From Camelus ferus (lineage: Eukaryota), in assembly GCF_009834535.1 (NCBI RefSeq), contig NC_045697.1, forward strand, positions 92,382,001 to 92,446,000: 64,000 bases of DNA, read 5' to 3'. The notes under the pieces are model-generated. The model searched no databases, was not told the DNA's origin, and was given only the letters and a program-made list of their open reading frames with translations. A program made the position numbers and the translations under genes. Of the stretch, positions 13,960 to 25,030 are shown piece by piece (within the stretch, counting starts at the first letter, position 1; every line of letters begins with the position of its first letter).

Positions 13960-14200
13960 TAAATAATAATTCTTACTGCTCACTAGTAAAAAACAATTTG
14001 CATTACTTCAATATCATTTAAGCATCACATAGTTTCAATTGAAGTAGATATCAGTATTGTCTCATTTTTATAGATGGAAAAATTGAGTTTTAGAGAACAT
14101 ATGTATATTAATCAAAACCACACAGCTTGGAGCTTAGATTTGCATTTGAAGTGGTCTAACTGTAGAATCCAAGGAGTTCTTAGGCCATGATACTGTTTTA
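13960..14200 (-). mobile_element. MIR SINE
   Basis: 'ctcatttttatagatggaaaaattgagttttagaga...aaccacacagct'. Confidence 0.7.
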
Positions 14201-14729
14201 CTTGCTTTCAGCTTCTCTGGCTCTATATGATTCACAGAAGTGGGTTATCAAATTTCCTTTTTTTATTATTTTTGTTGCTTTGAACTTCCATATTTTGGCA
14301 GAGATATTGATCAACACTCTCACTGAAAAAAATGACTTGATCAGTTTAGAAATTGGTAACTGAGTTTGATTTTTAAAGTAATGTCAGCCTTTGGTTTTCT
14401 TCTGGACAGAGTTTGGGGATATGACTTCTATACACAAAAGAGTCAAATTTCCCATTATTGTTGGGATGAACTCCTTATTTAATCTGGTGGGCTTTTGATT
14501 CAAATTTTCAATGTATTTTCTAAATGTGTTGACTATCTGTAAGTACAAACTCAGAAAAATACAATGTTAAATTTTGCATATATTGTTAACAAAATTCCAA
14601 GGGATGATAATGATTCTAGTTGACTTCAATGTGAAGGAAGTTAGGTTAAAGGAATAGACAGTTCTGGCATATTGGAAAGAGCAATACTGAAAAGGGACAA
14701 AATGTAGATATCTTCCAATGTATTAATCA

Positions 14730-15120
14730 AATGAAATGAATGTGGCCAGAGTAACATCCATTCTACTTCCATGACATGCACACATTCCCAGAGCCATATG
14801 AAACACTTGTCTCCTGCCTTTGTCTTTGTCTCAATGAATGGCACCATTCAGTTGCTAAGGGCAAAAATCTGGGCACATATGTAGATTGACTCTCATACTC
14901 AGATGGTCAGCAAATGTGCTACTGTCTAATTCCTTAGCATCTCTCATAAATGTTCTCTTTCATCATCCTGTTTTTTCCCCTTAGTTCAGGGGTTAATTAT
15001 TTTTATTTTGCTGAACCCTCACAAAACTCCAGATTGGTCTCCCTGATAACAGAAGTTTTCTTTTTCAATTTCACTTGCTAGACTCTAGCCTTAGTGATCT
15101 ATCTAAAATGCTCATCTGGG
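14730..15120 (+). mobile_element. L2 fragment
   Basis: 'tctcaatgaatggcaccattcagttgctaagggcaaaaatctggg...tagtgatctatctaaaatgctcatctg'. Confidence 0.65.
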
Positions 15121-16258
15121 CAGGTAGAGTCATAGATAATGAAGATCAATGGGGGAGGGACAGAATAAGTTCTACCAAAGGAATGTTTCCTAGAATACAG
15201 GAAGAGAGTGTACCCAAATTTCAGAAATGTCAGAAATAAGCTCAGTTACTCAGAATGAATAAAAATGTCAGAATTTAAGAACTAATAATTGAGTAGAGGG
15301 TTTAGAATTGCTCTTTCACTGTCATTTTAAAGAAAAATTTTTTATAATACTACTCGATCAAAATAGGGAAATAAGTCTTCACAGTGAAACATTCATAATA
15401 AGTTATATAATAGTTATGGAATCAATAACCTTAAGAATTATTTTGCTAAACTTACCTCTAACTGATCAGCAATATCTCTTTCCTTTGAATCTATTGCCAT
15501 TTGATTTTTGATCTTGATGACATTGCAAACATTTTTTGATAAAGTTGTGCCTATTACTTTTAAACATCTTGCTTTTAACTCAGTCACCTCACAATTATTG
15601 TAATTTGTTATGAAAATGTGTAGTTGTGCAAGGCATGACCTAATAACATATCTTTGGGAAAATGACTTAAAATGGTTTCCTTGGACAGTATTAGTTTAGT
15701 CTAATTATTTGATGAATTTTTTGTAAAAACATTCAGAGTTTTAAAAAATTAATAAAATGACAAATGATATAATTTTTAATATACAGTGGTCTCTCGCTGA
15801 AGGTTCCTAACATTTTTAACTTTGAATAGACATTTTTACTCTCTAACATAAGATCATCAATGCCTTGGCGACATCTCAGAATGCTTCCACATTAAATGGA
15901 ATCCATAGGCCTCTTTAAAGCATCTCTTAGTACCTAAAAAGTAGTTGGTATAGTAACTGATTTAAAAATTTCCAACAGAATGATTCAGTTGTCCAGTATG
16001 TTTCTACAGAAGTGCTTTCACGTTAGCTTGAATTTTTTGCAGGCTGCCAACTTCATTCTCCCTGTAGGCCCCCAGGCTTTCATCTCTGAAAATTTACTTT
16101 TGTGGTCAAAGCACTTTTTCCTTTGAGGTAGATGTGGCTTCCAATGAGTACAATTATGTTTCCTTTTGTACCATGGCCCAGTTCAGAGTATAAACATCAG
16201 TCCTATCTCAGAAAAATAATTTGAAGCATAGACTTGTGTTTTTAGGGCATCACATAAG

Positions 16259-16771
16259 TGTTACCAAATCCAAACTGTTCTGCTCGCCACATGACAGGCC
16301 AATAAATCGGGAGATGAGCTGTTGGGCCAAGGAGTAATGACTTGACTTGGAAATCTGGCAGACTGAGAAGATGACAGACTAATGTCCTAGAGAACCGTCT
16401 TCCCCAAGTCAGAATTCAGGCTCCTTTTATACTAAAAAGGGGAGAGGGTATGGTTGTTGCAAACTTCTCAGTGTTGGAATCCTTTGTTTTTGCATGTGGG
16501 TCCATGTGGGTCAGGTCATGGTGTCCCTGTAAACCTCCAACAAAACAAATGTTATTTTCTATTCTGCACCTCTTTATCTTTATATGAATGGAAAAGTGTT
16601 AATACCCTTAAAGGGTAGAGTGTTAAGAATAGGCTATCTTGTATATTTCAGGCTACAGGCAACAGTTTTTTCACAAAAGGTGCAGAACCGGCACAACTAA
16701 GCCCAGGAAACAGAGCACAGCGTTAAAGCCAAAGGAACAGATCTAATACAGAGTCATATTGTTCTGTTACA
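16259..16771 (-). mobile_element. ERV1-type solo LTR (~513 bp)
   Basis: TG...CA termini (tgttacc...tgttaca). Flanks taag/caag form a 4-bp target-site duplication (TSD) with one mismatch. Minus-strand TATA-like site (plus strand 'ccttttatac'). Confidence 0.8.
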
Positions 16772-17060
16772 CAAGTACGATGCATGTAATATCAAGCACT
16801 TCAGCCTTTTACGTGATCAGGGTTCAGCCTTTTCATAATTCTGTAGCATAGCCCTCACTGCATGCCATTTAGAACAGGGAAAGCTTTTGCTGGTTCCATC
16901 TCTGAGCTCTATTCTTTCTTCTTGGCTGTTTCCTCCTAAAACCCAGTGTGATTTAATTTTTTTAACTTTGGAGAAATGGTTAATAAATCTAATCCCCCTC
17001 CCCCTTCTCTGTCCCTGTCTGTTACTTCACATTTCTTTGCATGCTTGTCCTAATTTATAG

Positions 17061-17191
17061 ATGCTGTGACTCTTTGGCCCTCGCTGGCTTCTAGAGCCCT
17101 CTACAGTCACGCAGATACGTGCAGCAGGACCAGTGTGCTGGACGAAGGACATCTCCCCGCCGGCAAACCCCGGAGCACTTTCAACCAATAG
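17061..17191 (+). other. Candidate exon (possible alternative terminal coding exon) of an unidentified host gene
   Basis: ~85-nt AG-free pyrimidine-rich tract with CTAAT branch-like motifs and TGCATG, ending 'tttatag'. Seven CpGs in 17082-17172 against a CpG-poor background. The phase-1 frame is open for 43 codons (xAVTLWPSLASRALYSHADTCSRTSVLDEGHLPAGKPRSTFNQ*). Confidence 0.45.
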
Positions 17192-18369
17192 CTGGTGGTA
17201 GTGGAAGATACTCTCAAATATTACAAATGTTTTCTCTATTTGGTATAGTTTTTTTATCTCAACTTTGCTCTGAATATCTCTGCTGCTGTTCTGTCTGTTG
17301 AACAGACTTCTCAGTTTTACAAGACTTCTCTTTTCCCTGTAAATTTGTCCTGTATAAATACGCAGAGGATCCTGCCTAGTGCTAGCAATGACTTCGTCTC
17401 TAATTCTACGTTCTGGTTCAGTTCTAGTGCCCTTCATGTTCCAGCTGGTTAACTGGCTTAGAGAGGGTGTCCTCATTACGGATTTTCAAGATAATTTAAT
17501 GTAATGAACTCAACCTATGAAGTAATTCATTGGGGGTGCAGATCCATTCAGATCCAGTCATCTAGGGCCAGGGATTTGTGGCCCAGTAACATAATCATGG
17601 CAGATAGATCCTCTTTCTTTCAGTGAGGTTGAGGAAGTAATATTCTTAGAAGCTGTTTGGACCAAGAAGCAATAATTAGAATATCTAATACACCCATAAA
17701 GACAGGCTTTTCCATGAGTTAAACTTACTAGGGAATACTTAGGCTTTCCCCAACCCGGGTCTGGATGCTACATAAAAGGCTGAATCATCAGGTTTAAGCA
17801 GCTATGTATATATGGTATGAATTTTGGTCCAAGATGTACGAGAAATAACATCTTCATTATTTTCTAAGCACCCTCTTTAGCAAACACACAGTTGAAATCA
17901 TAAAAAAGTTTAACCTCATTTATTTCTAGTAACCCCCTAACAATTCTAGATTCACATAAATATTCCACTAGGGAGATATTATTTTCTTTGCATGGACTTT
18001 ACTTAGCTCAAGGCTTTCTATTGTTTCCATGCCATCCTTGGGTACATAGGGACCTTTTTCTAAGCCAGAAAATGCGAATGGCTGAAATCTCATCTCCTTA
18101 GAAGTGCAAAAATCCATTTCTTTTTAGAATTTGCTTCCTATATCACATACAGCTGGGATTAAAACCTGCATCCAGGTTACTACAGAACACACAGAGCTGT
18201 TTGCCTCCCCCAGCTCAAGGATTTTCTTCTCATGCATGCAGGGAATTCATTCATGTCTTCTCTGTGCATTCCTGTGAACTACATCTTAAGGCAGTAGGCT
18301 TAGGCTTTTGTAAAACCCAAAGCAGGAAGTCTTGGAGTCTTTCTATCTGCCTAATAGAAAGCGATGAGT

Positions 18370-18570
18370 GAGTTACTCACTTTGGGCACAAAATTTAAGG
18401 GGATACTGAAAATCTCAGTAATCAGGATTAATAATATTTAATGTAAGTTAAAAAATCAAAATTAATGCAAAAATGCATGATGAACAAAGTATCAAAATTT
18501 TAAATAAAGACAGGATCAGTATTTCTGATTTTTTCTTGTGCCACAGGTTCCAATATGGCTTAGAATAGTG
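18370..18570 (+). mobile_element. MER96B-like hAT DNA transposon fragment
   Basis: 'gggcacaaaatttaagggg...ctcagtaatcagg...aaaatcaaaattaatgcaaaaatgcatgatgaacaaagtatcaaaattttaaataaagacaggatc'. Confidence 0.7.
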
Positions 18571-18990
18571 CAGGTGGCCACATACTGTCCCTAAGCATGG
18601 AACATGCTATTTATTTACACAGAGGAGAGAGGAAGGAAGACACTACATATGTTAACTCTCAAAATATTATCCAGGAAAATATGGAGGAGATGCGCTTTGG
18701 AGAATAATCTGTTATGGACAGCAGCCCAAACTCGCATATTTAGAACCTAATTCTCTTAAAATTCCTTGTTAGGCTGAATCACATGCTAAAATATCTGATA
18801 CTACTGAAGGCTAGTGAGAAGCTTGACATCTCACATTCTTTGGAAGAGACTATTGCTAGATGTCTTTGTTTATGATGCCACAGGTGGACTGAGAACACAG
18901 TGGCTTAGAGACAGACTCACTATACTGTTGGTGCCTGGAAAGAAGTCCAGTTTGCAATCCTGTGGTAGAAAAGGTGGAAGGGAGTAAACT

Positions 18991-19057
18991 GAGTTGCTTA
19001 CCTTGGGCACAAAATTTAAGGAGATACCTAAAATTTCAGTAATCAAGATTAATAATA
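18991..19057 (+). repeat. Second partial copy of 18370-18436
   Basis: Imperfect direct repeat at offset 621 bp. Confidence 0.8.
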
Positions 19058-19441
19058 CTCTTAGCTCATGCTATAACTTATCTCAGGGGCTGCAAGGATA
19101 AGAAAATCTGGAATGTCCAAAAGATACATGAGGTGAATCTCCCCTCACTGCTCAGCAAATGGCTTCTTACAAAAAATTCCAGAGAACAAAATGGATTCCC
19201 TCCTTCTCAAGCCTCAACAAAGTTGTTCCAGCTTTCCAAACTATTTGTTGTTTCTTCCTAGATAAGTCATCAAACTAATAAACATTCAAAAAACCTCCTC
19301 CCTATCTTCCACCCCATGAGAATGACTGGGTTTTCAATTTCTAAAAACAATTCAGTGCTGTTTACTTACTTTGCATATTTTTTTCTAGAATAAGTTGTCA
19401 TTTTCTTATCACTGAAGAACTGAAGGTAGCTAAAATAATCT

Positions 19442-19601
19442 AGCACCTTGCTCTTCAAAGTGTAGTTTTAAGACTAGAGCAATCAGTATCATCTATTAGA
19501 AATGCAAAATCGTAGACCCCTTCCCACTCCTAGTGAATCAGAATTTGCATTTAACAAGAGACCCAGGTAATTTGTATGCTCTTCAAAGTCTGAGAAATGC
19601 T
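19442..19601 (+). mobile_element. MER5A-like hAT-Charlie MITE
   Basis: 'tcaaagtgtag...ttagaaatgcaaaatc...tgaatcagaatttgcatttaacaagagacccaggtaattt...aaagtctgagaaatgctg'. Confidence 0.85.
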
Positions 19602-20008
19602 GATACAACGCAGACTGGTTTTTTTCCCCTCCAGTTTATATTTATCTTGTTCTACACTCTCTGGTGTGTGCTTTGATGCCCAATTGTTGCTTTCAGTTTC
19701 TTATTATTTACTACACGTCTTTTCCGTGATTTTTTTCTAAGTAGAATATTTTAAAACATAGATTTTCAGCGTTTAAATCCTACAGAATACTGTCTCCCCA
19801 CTCCATTATACTCTGCAAAATGCTTTTTAGATAATAGGACTGAATCTGAGCCATTTGTGTAACTGGTTACCCTGGAATTTGCTGACTCATCATGGGATCA
19901 TGAGTTTCTCTGTGGATGTTGTGACGGAGGATGTTTTTCCCTTACCCCTGGGGAAAGTTACTTTGTACACTGAGCACAACCTGATAAGAATCCTGCACTG
20001 GGTAAAAG

Positions 20009-20195
20009 CAGTGATGTACTGAAACCAGATCATATTGGCTCAAGAGGGTCAAGTGTATGCATCTTTTTTCGCAATGCCACATTCATTGACGTCACTAGTG
20101 GCAGCTTGAAATTTCACTTGGTAGAGGTATTCGCAATTCATACCACAGAAACTGGCAAATGCTACAAATCAGGGCTTTTTGTGGGCATATATTGC
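20009..20195 (+). mobile_element. MER63A-like hAT-Blackjack MITE
   Basis: 'cagtgatgtactgaaacc...tgacgtcac...gcttgaaat...ccacagaaactggcaaatgctacaaatcagggcttttt'. Confidence 0.8.
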
Positions 20196-20609
20196 TGTAG
20201 TGCAAACATTCCAAGTTGTCTTAAGAAGTAATAATCAAAAAATCCCCCTGAAACATTAGTCTAGGCTAATCATTGGTTTATTTTCTTCATAATATTGCCT
20301 GGAGTTAATCTAAAAAGATAAGGGACAATTACAAAATTACAATCTCAGACAATAGTGGGAGACAGATAGATGGTTAAAAAAAAAAAGTCTTGGGCATGGT
20401 AAGTAGATTGCCCCCCAAGTATAATTAGTAAACAGTAAAATAAGTAATGGCATAGTTACCTTTATTTCTCTAAAGCCCTTGCTGTTTTTGACTAGAAGTC
20501 AAGATGACTTGAGGCAGACCCATAGGGACTTTGATGTTTGTGGACAGATTGCCGACCTGTTATGCCATGGAAAAATATTTGCCAGAACAAGTTCTTCAAC
20601 AATAAAAAT

Positions 20610-20830
20610 AAAATAAGAGATAACAAAGAGTAATTACTATGAGCCAGGTATTATTTTAAATATGTCATAGGTTTTAATTCATTTAATCACTTTATTTATT
20701 TAATCTTCATGAAAACCCAAAAAGATGAATACCTGCATTTTGCAAATGAGGTTAAGAAAACTTGACCAAGACCTAACAAAGAGTACATGATTGACTTGGG
20801 ATTTAAACCCAGGTCATCTCACCTTACTGC
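20610..20830 (-). mobile_element. MIR SINE
   Basis: 'ctatgagccaggtatt...tcatttaatc...cattttgcaaatgagg...gggatttaaacccaggtc'. Confidence 0.75.
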
Positions 20831-21762
20831 CTTCAGAAACAGATCCTTGGTTGGAGAGGTCACTGGGCCTTTCTCCATGTTGTTACAATCAGGTTAGCTA
20901 CACATTTTGGTACAGGAGGTTTCAGACATGGCATCTCTTCATGAAGAGAAGTTTTGACATATAAATGTACATTTTCTCATAGATATGTTATTGTCTGCTA
21001 GACTTCATCTTTTTTTCCTATTTCAAAAACCAAGAGTTCTCCCAGTCCATAACTTGAATATTCCTTTGTTCAGTTTAATGAAATACAAAAAAGTCTTCTT
21101 ACATTTTCTGATTTTGAAATTAAAAACTTGCCCATTATTCATATTACTACTAATGATTTTAAAATCTAAGTTTTAATTGTATAAAATAAATCCAATCCAC
21201 TTTTTTTTTAAGTCAGGCCTTCATTCACTAAAACATTTGTCTTGAGAAATATAGAGGCACTTCAGTATCAGGCCATATGTAGTCAGAAGTATATTCTGAT
21301 AAAAGAATGCAATATACATAAATTATTCTGCAAGAAAACATTCCATTAACTATGGACAGCTGACCTTCATTGCATACAAAGTGATTTATAATGTAGGCTG
21401 TTTTTGCAAAAGAAATCGTAGGAGAGGCAACAGTTGTCTAGATCTTGGCAGTGGTTTGGAGTCATTTTGTAATTGAGCATTAAATTTATGAAGTCAATAA
21501 CATCAACAATGTATTCTCATTTTATCTTAATTGGATGCAATTAGACCTAGGTGTGCTTTTCATAAAATTAAAGATCTGAAGCATGGCAATATCAAAGATG
21601 CCAGTGTTCTTTTGCTTTGCTAGATGAAACAAATTGAGCTTTTATATGCTGTTGGGATTTCTACATATTTATGGAGGTAAATGCTAGGAAGTGGTTCATA
21701 TTCTCCTTGATTTTTCCTTCTCAGGATTTATATATATCTATAAATATCCTGAGAATTCAGTT

Positions 21763-21870
21763 TTCATTCATTCATTTAACAAATATAATTTGAAGCTCAC
21801 TAAGTGCCAAACACCAGTCTGCTCTCTAGTGATACCCTGGTGAGCACTCATGGACTCTTGACATTTGGGG
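21763..21870 (-). mobile_element. L2 extreme 3' end
   Basis: 'tcattcattcatttaacaaatataatttgaagctcactaagtgccaaacacc'. Confidence 0.7.
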
Positions 21871-22169
21871 AAGAGTGAAAATTAAAATGTAGATTAATGT
21901 ATTTAATATGATGGAATAGAATATAGAATATATTCTATATAGTTTCTTCCTGTGTATGTGTATGTGTATACATATATATACACAGTGCACTATACTCACA
22001 TTAAAATGCACACATTAAATATATAATATTTTTATATATACACACACACATTCTGTATATTTTGTCTATAGTCCCTGCTTTGAAACTGCATAGTGGAGGA
22101 GTTTAGGAGTAAAGAGGAAATTCAGCTGGAAAATGCTAGGAGTGAACAGTCAATTTCCTAACTCCCAAT

Positions 22170-22390
22170 GCTGATACTAACAGATACATAAATATATATG
22201 ATAAACAACAAGTTTGTGCTGTATAGTGCAGGGAACTGTATTTGATATCGTGTGGTAACTTATGGTGAAAAAGAATATGAGAATGAATATACGTACGTTT
22301 ATGTATGACTGAAGCATTGTACTGTACACCAGAAATTGACACAATATTGTAAACTGACTATACTTCAATAAAAAAATACATATACAAAAA
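22170..22390 (+). mobile_element. 5'-truncated cetartiodactyl/camelid L1 (3' UTR only)
   Basis: 'ataaacaacaag...tgtatagtgcagggaact...tgtatgactgaagcattgtactgtacaccagaaattgacacaatattgtaaactgactatacttcaataaaaaaa'. Confidence 0.85.
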
Positions 22391-22749
22391 GTCAAATTTT
22401 AGTTAAAAGTTAGGAGATAAAATTAATTTGTTTGTGAAGAGGTAAATAGAATAGAGATACTTCTTTATCAAGGAAGAAGTTTTCCATGCATCAGTGAACA
22501 TATTCTAGAGTAAGACGAACAAAGGACTGCTGGGTGAAAGGCAAGCAAGCAGAGAGCACTTGGGAGTTACGAGTGCCACAGAGGGAAAAAATAATCAGAG
22601 AGAGATGGAGCTTGTAAGTGATTTAATGTAATTTTCACAATAACTGTCAGGCAATAGAATTCCCATTTGTAAGTAACTTTTCTAGGATAACAGAATCTGG
22701 GATTTGACTAAGTCTGTGTAATTGTGGACACAGTCGAGTATACTTTTTA

Positions 22750-22970
22750 AAGGGGTGACTTTAGATTTAAATTGAATTCTGATTCTACCACTTACTTGGA
22801 ATAAAAATTTGATCAAGTTTCTTAATCTCTTTCTACCAGAGTTTCATTATCTGTAAAAAAGGGCAATAATAGCACTTACTGCAGGACGCTATTGTGACAA
22901 TCAAATTGGTAGTTTATTTTATTTGCTGAGAAGAATGCCTGGAATCATAAGTACTCAATTAAGTTTAGCT
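22750..22970 (+). mobile_element. MIR SINE
   Basis: 'gaattctgattctaccacttact...caagtttcttaatctct...gtttcattatctgtaaaaaagggcaataatagcac'. Confidence 0.8.
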
Positions 22971-24829
22971 GATGTTCTTTCCACTAATTATAATCTTGGC
23001 CCTACCAATGTCTTTTAGTAGCATGAGGAAAGGAATTCATGGCATAGCAGAAAAAAATCATGCTCAACCACTAGAGAAGGGCTATTACAGCTGGCTTTGC
23101 CTAGGTTTTCTCAGGTACATGTACAGGGAGAGGAGTTGCTGGTATAGTCTTCTCAGAGTCTAATGGAACAGTTACTAGTAGGCGATGTGGATTAAAAGAG
23201 GAACGCTTGTGGGGTTTTCCTTGTATTTCCTCCTTCCAGGTGGTAGGAAGACCAACACAAGGGCTAAATCTTTAGGGTAGAATAGCTATCTTAATCTTTT
23301 CTCTCTTTCTACATCCCTTTTGCATACAGCTTGTTGCATGGCCAGCGAGATAAGGTCATTCTGTCTGCAGTGCACTCCCTACTTTCATCTTAAGTTCTGT
23401 TTTGTTTGCTTTTCTCCTATAGGCACCTAGACAGTGTGTTGAAATCATGTGATGTAGATTTGGGTTCAAGAGGAGGTGAATGCCGTGTAGCTAGCTTGGG
23501 GTCATATATTTCAACCCAGCATTGATACTGGTTGTGGGAATTTGACTCCTATCCTAACATTCTTCCCTGTGTGTTGAGGACACTCAGAAACTCTATGGAG
23601 ATGATGAGATGCAGGCAAGGTCTTACCTACCATCCATAGGCTCTCAATCACATCTCAGTGTGACATGTGTTTCCCCATTGTAGCTGATGTTGTCGAATTT
23701 CATTTTTTTCCCTCTTTCAGAGTGCCTTAACTAAATCAGCAAATTACTGTTAAAGGGAGAAGTTTTCCAAGAACATTTATGTGTGTGTTGAAATTTTAAT
23801 TGAACAGACTTCCATTCAGATAATATACTAGTTTTAAATAAAGAAATTACAGCTTATTATTTATTAAAAACTGTCAAATATATTCTTATTTGTATCTATA
23901 TAGTAAGACAAAATGTGTTAATTTCTAACTTTAGTGGAAAAGTAATAAAATTTTAAATCTCAACATATTTATTTAATAAAAGTATGCAAGTTTCATTGTG
24001 TTTTAATAACAATAAATTATTTAATTATGTAATAATCAATTATATAGTTATAATTCATTTATTTTTTATTCTAACATTGTAATTTACTTACCATGCAATA
24101 TGCATCAGTTTAAAAAAATATAACTGTAGGCTTTTTTATTTAAATAGTAGATTTAGGGAAGTTAGGTTTGACTCAAGTTTTTCTTGACTTTCTTTTGTCT
24201 CCTTAAAGTTTAAAATACAAAGAACCTTTTATGCATCATCGTCAGAAGCAGAACTATTATTATCATTGGCAATTATATTTAAAACAATCTTCAGATCCCA
24301 CTCTTTTAAATTTGTAACACAAATTCTACACCTACCCTCCAAATCACCACCCTTGAGAGAATCTTCTATAGCTCTGTCTGCCTCAGAAATGTGCAGCTCC
24401 TTCCTCAGAACCACTTACGCTAACCAAACTGTTAGCACCTGCTGAACCTCCTCTACATCAGTCATCAATCATCAGCAATCAGGCAGCTACTTGATAATTA
24501 GTTGAGAGGGGGAAAAACACTTCAAAGAACTAAAAATATTTTCCACAGGGACTTTGTGCATAAAATAATTATTTTCCCTCTATTAATCCTCTTACATGTC
24601 TTTGTGCAGTAGGAAAACTTAAAAATGCAGTGCACATGCATCAGTATAATTCAATGTAGGGTATGCTTGTTTATCCAAGGTTACTAGGAAAGCAATGCAT
24701 GACAGATGTGGACTGTAATGTATTATATACATAATTTAATTTTTTCATTTTATAGATATTGCCTTTACCACCTTTCTTGATAAAAGAAGAGTTTAGAAAA
24801 CAAATAATAGCCACATAGGCTGAAAGTAG

Positions 24830-25030
24830 CAAAGAGCACTGCACTAACATAGTTATGTGTATTAACCCATTGAATCCTCACAAATATCCCATGTGAAATG
24901 TACTGTTTTTATCTCCACTTTGCAGAGGAACTCTGAGACAGAGAGAAAATGACATGCCCAAGATCATACAACTGATAGGTGTCATGTTTGGGAAACAGTT
25001 TGGCTCCAGATTCCATATCCTGACCACAGG
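24830..25030 (-). mobile_element. MIR SINE
   Basis: 'cattgaatcctcacaa...tatctccactttgcagaggaactctgagacagagag...tgcccaagatcatacaac'. Confidence 0.8.

Noticed and set aside
17420..17475. Pre-miRNA-like hairpin
   Set aside because: Only short discontinuous pairings (gccctt/gagggt, ccag/ctgg) are present, and no known mature miRNA was recognised.
17027..17476. 149-aa minus-strand ORF as a gene
   Set aside because: It has no recognisable homology or domain. It lies antisense to a better-supported plus-strand splice signal, and one ORF of this length in 64 kb can arise by chance.
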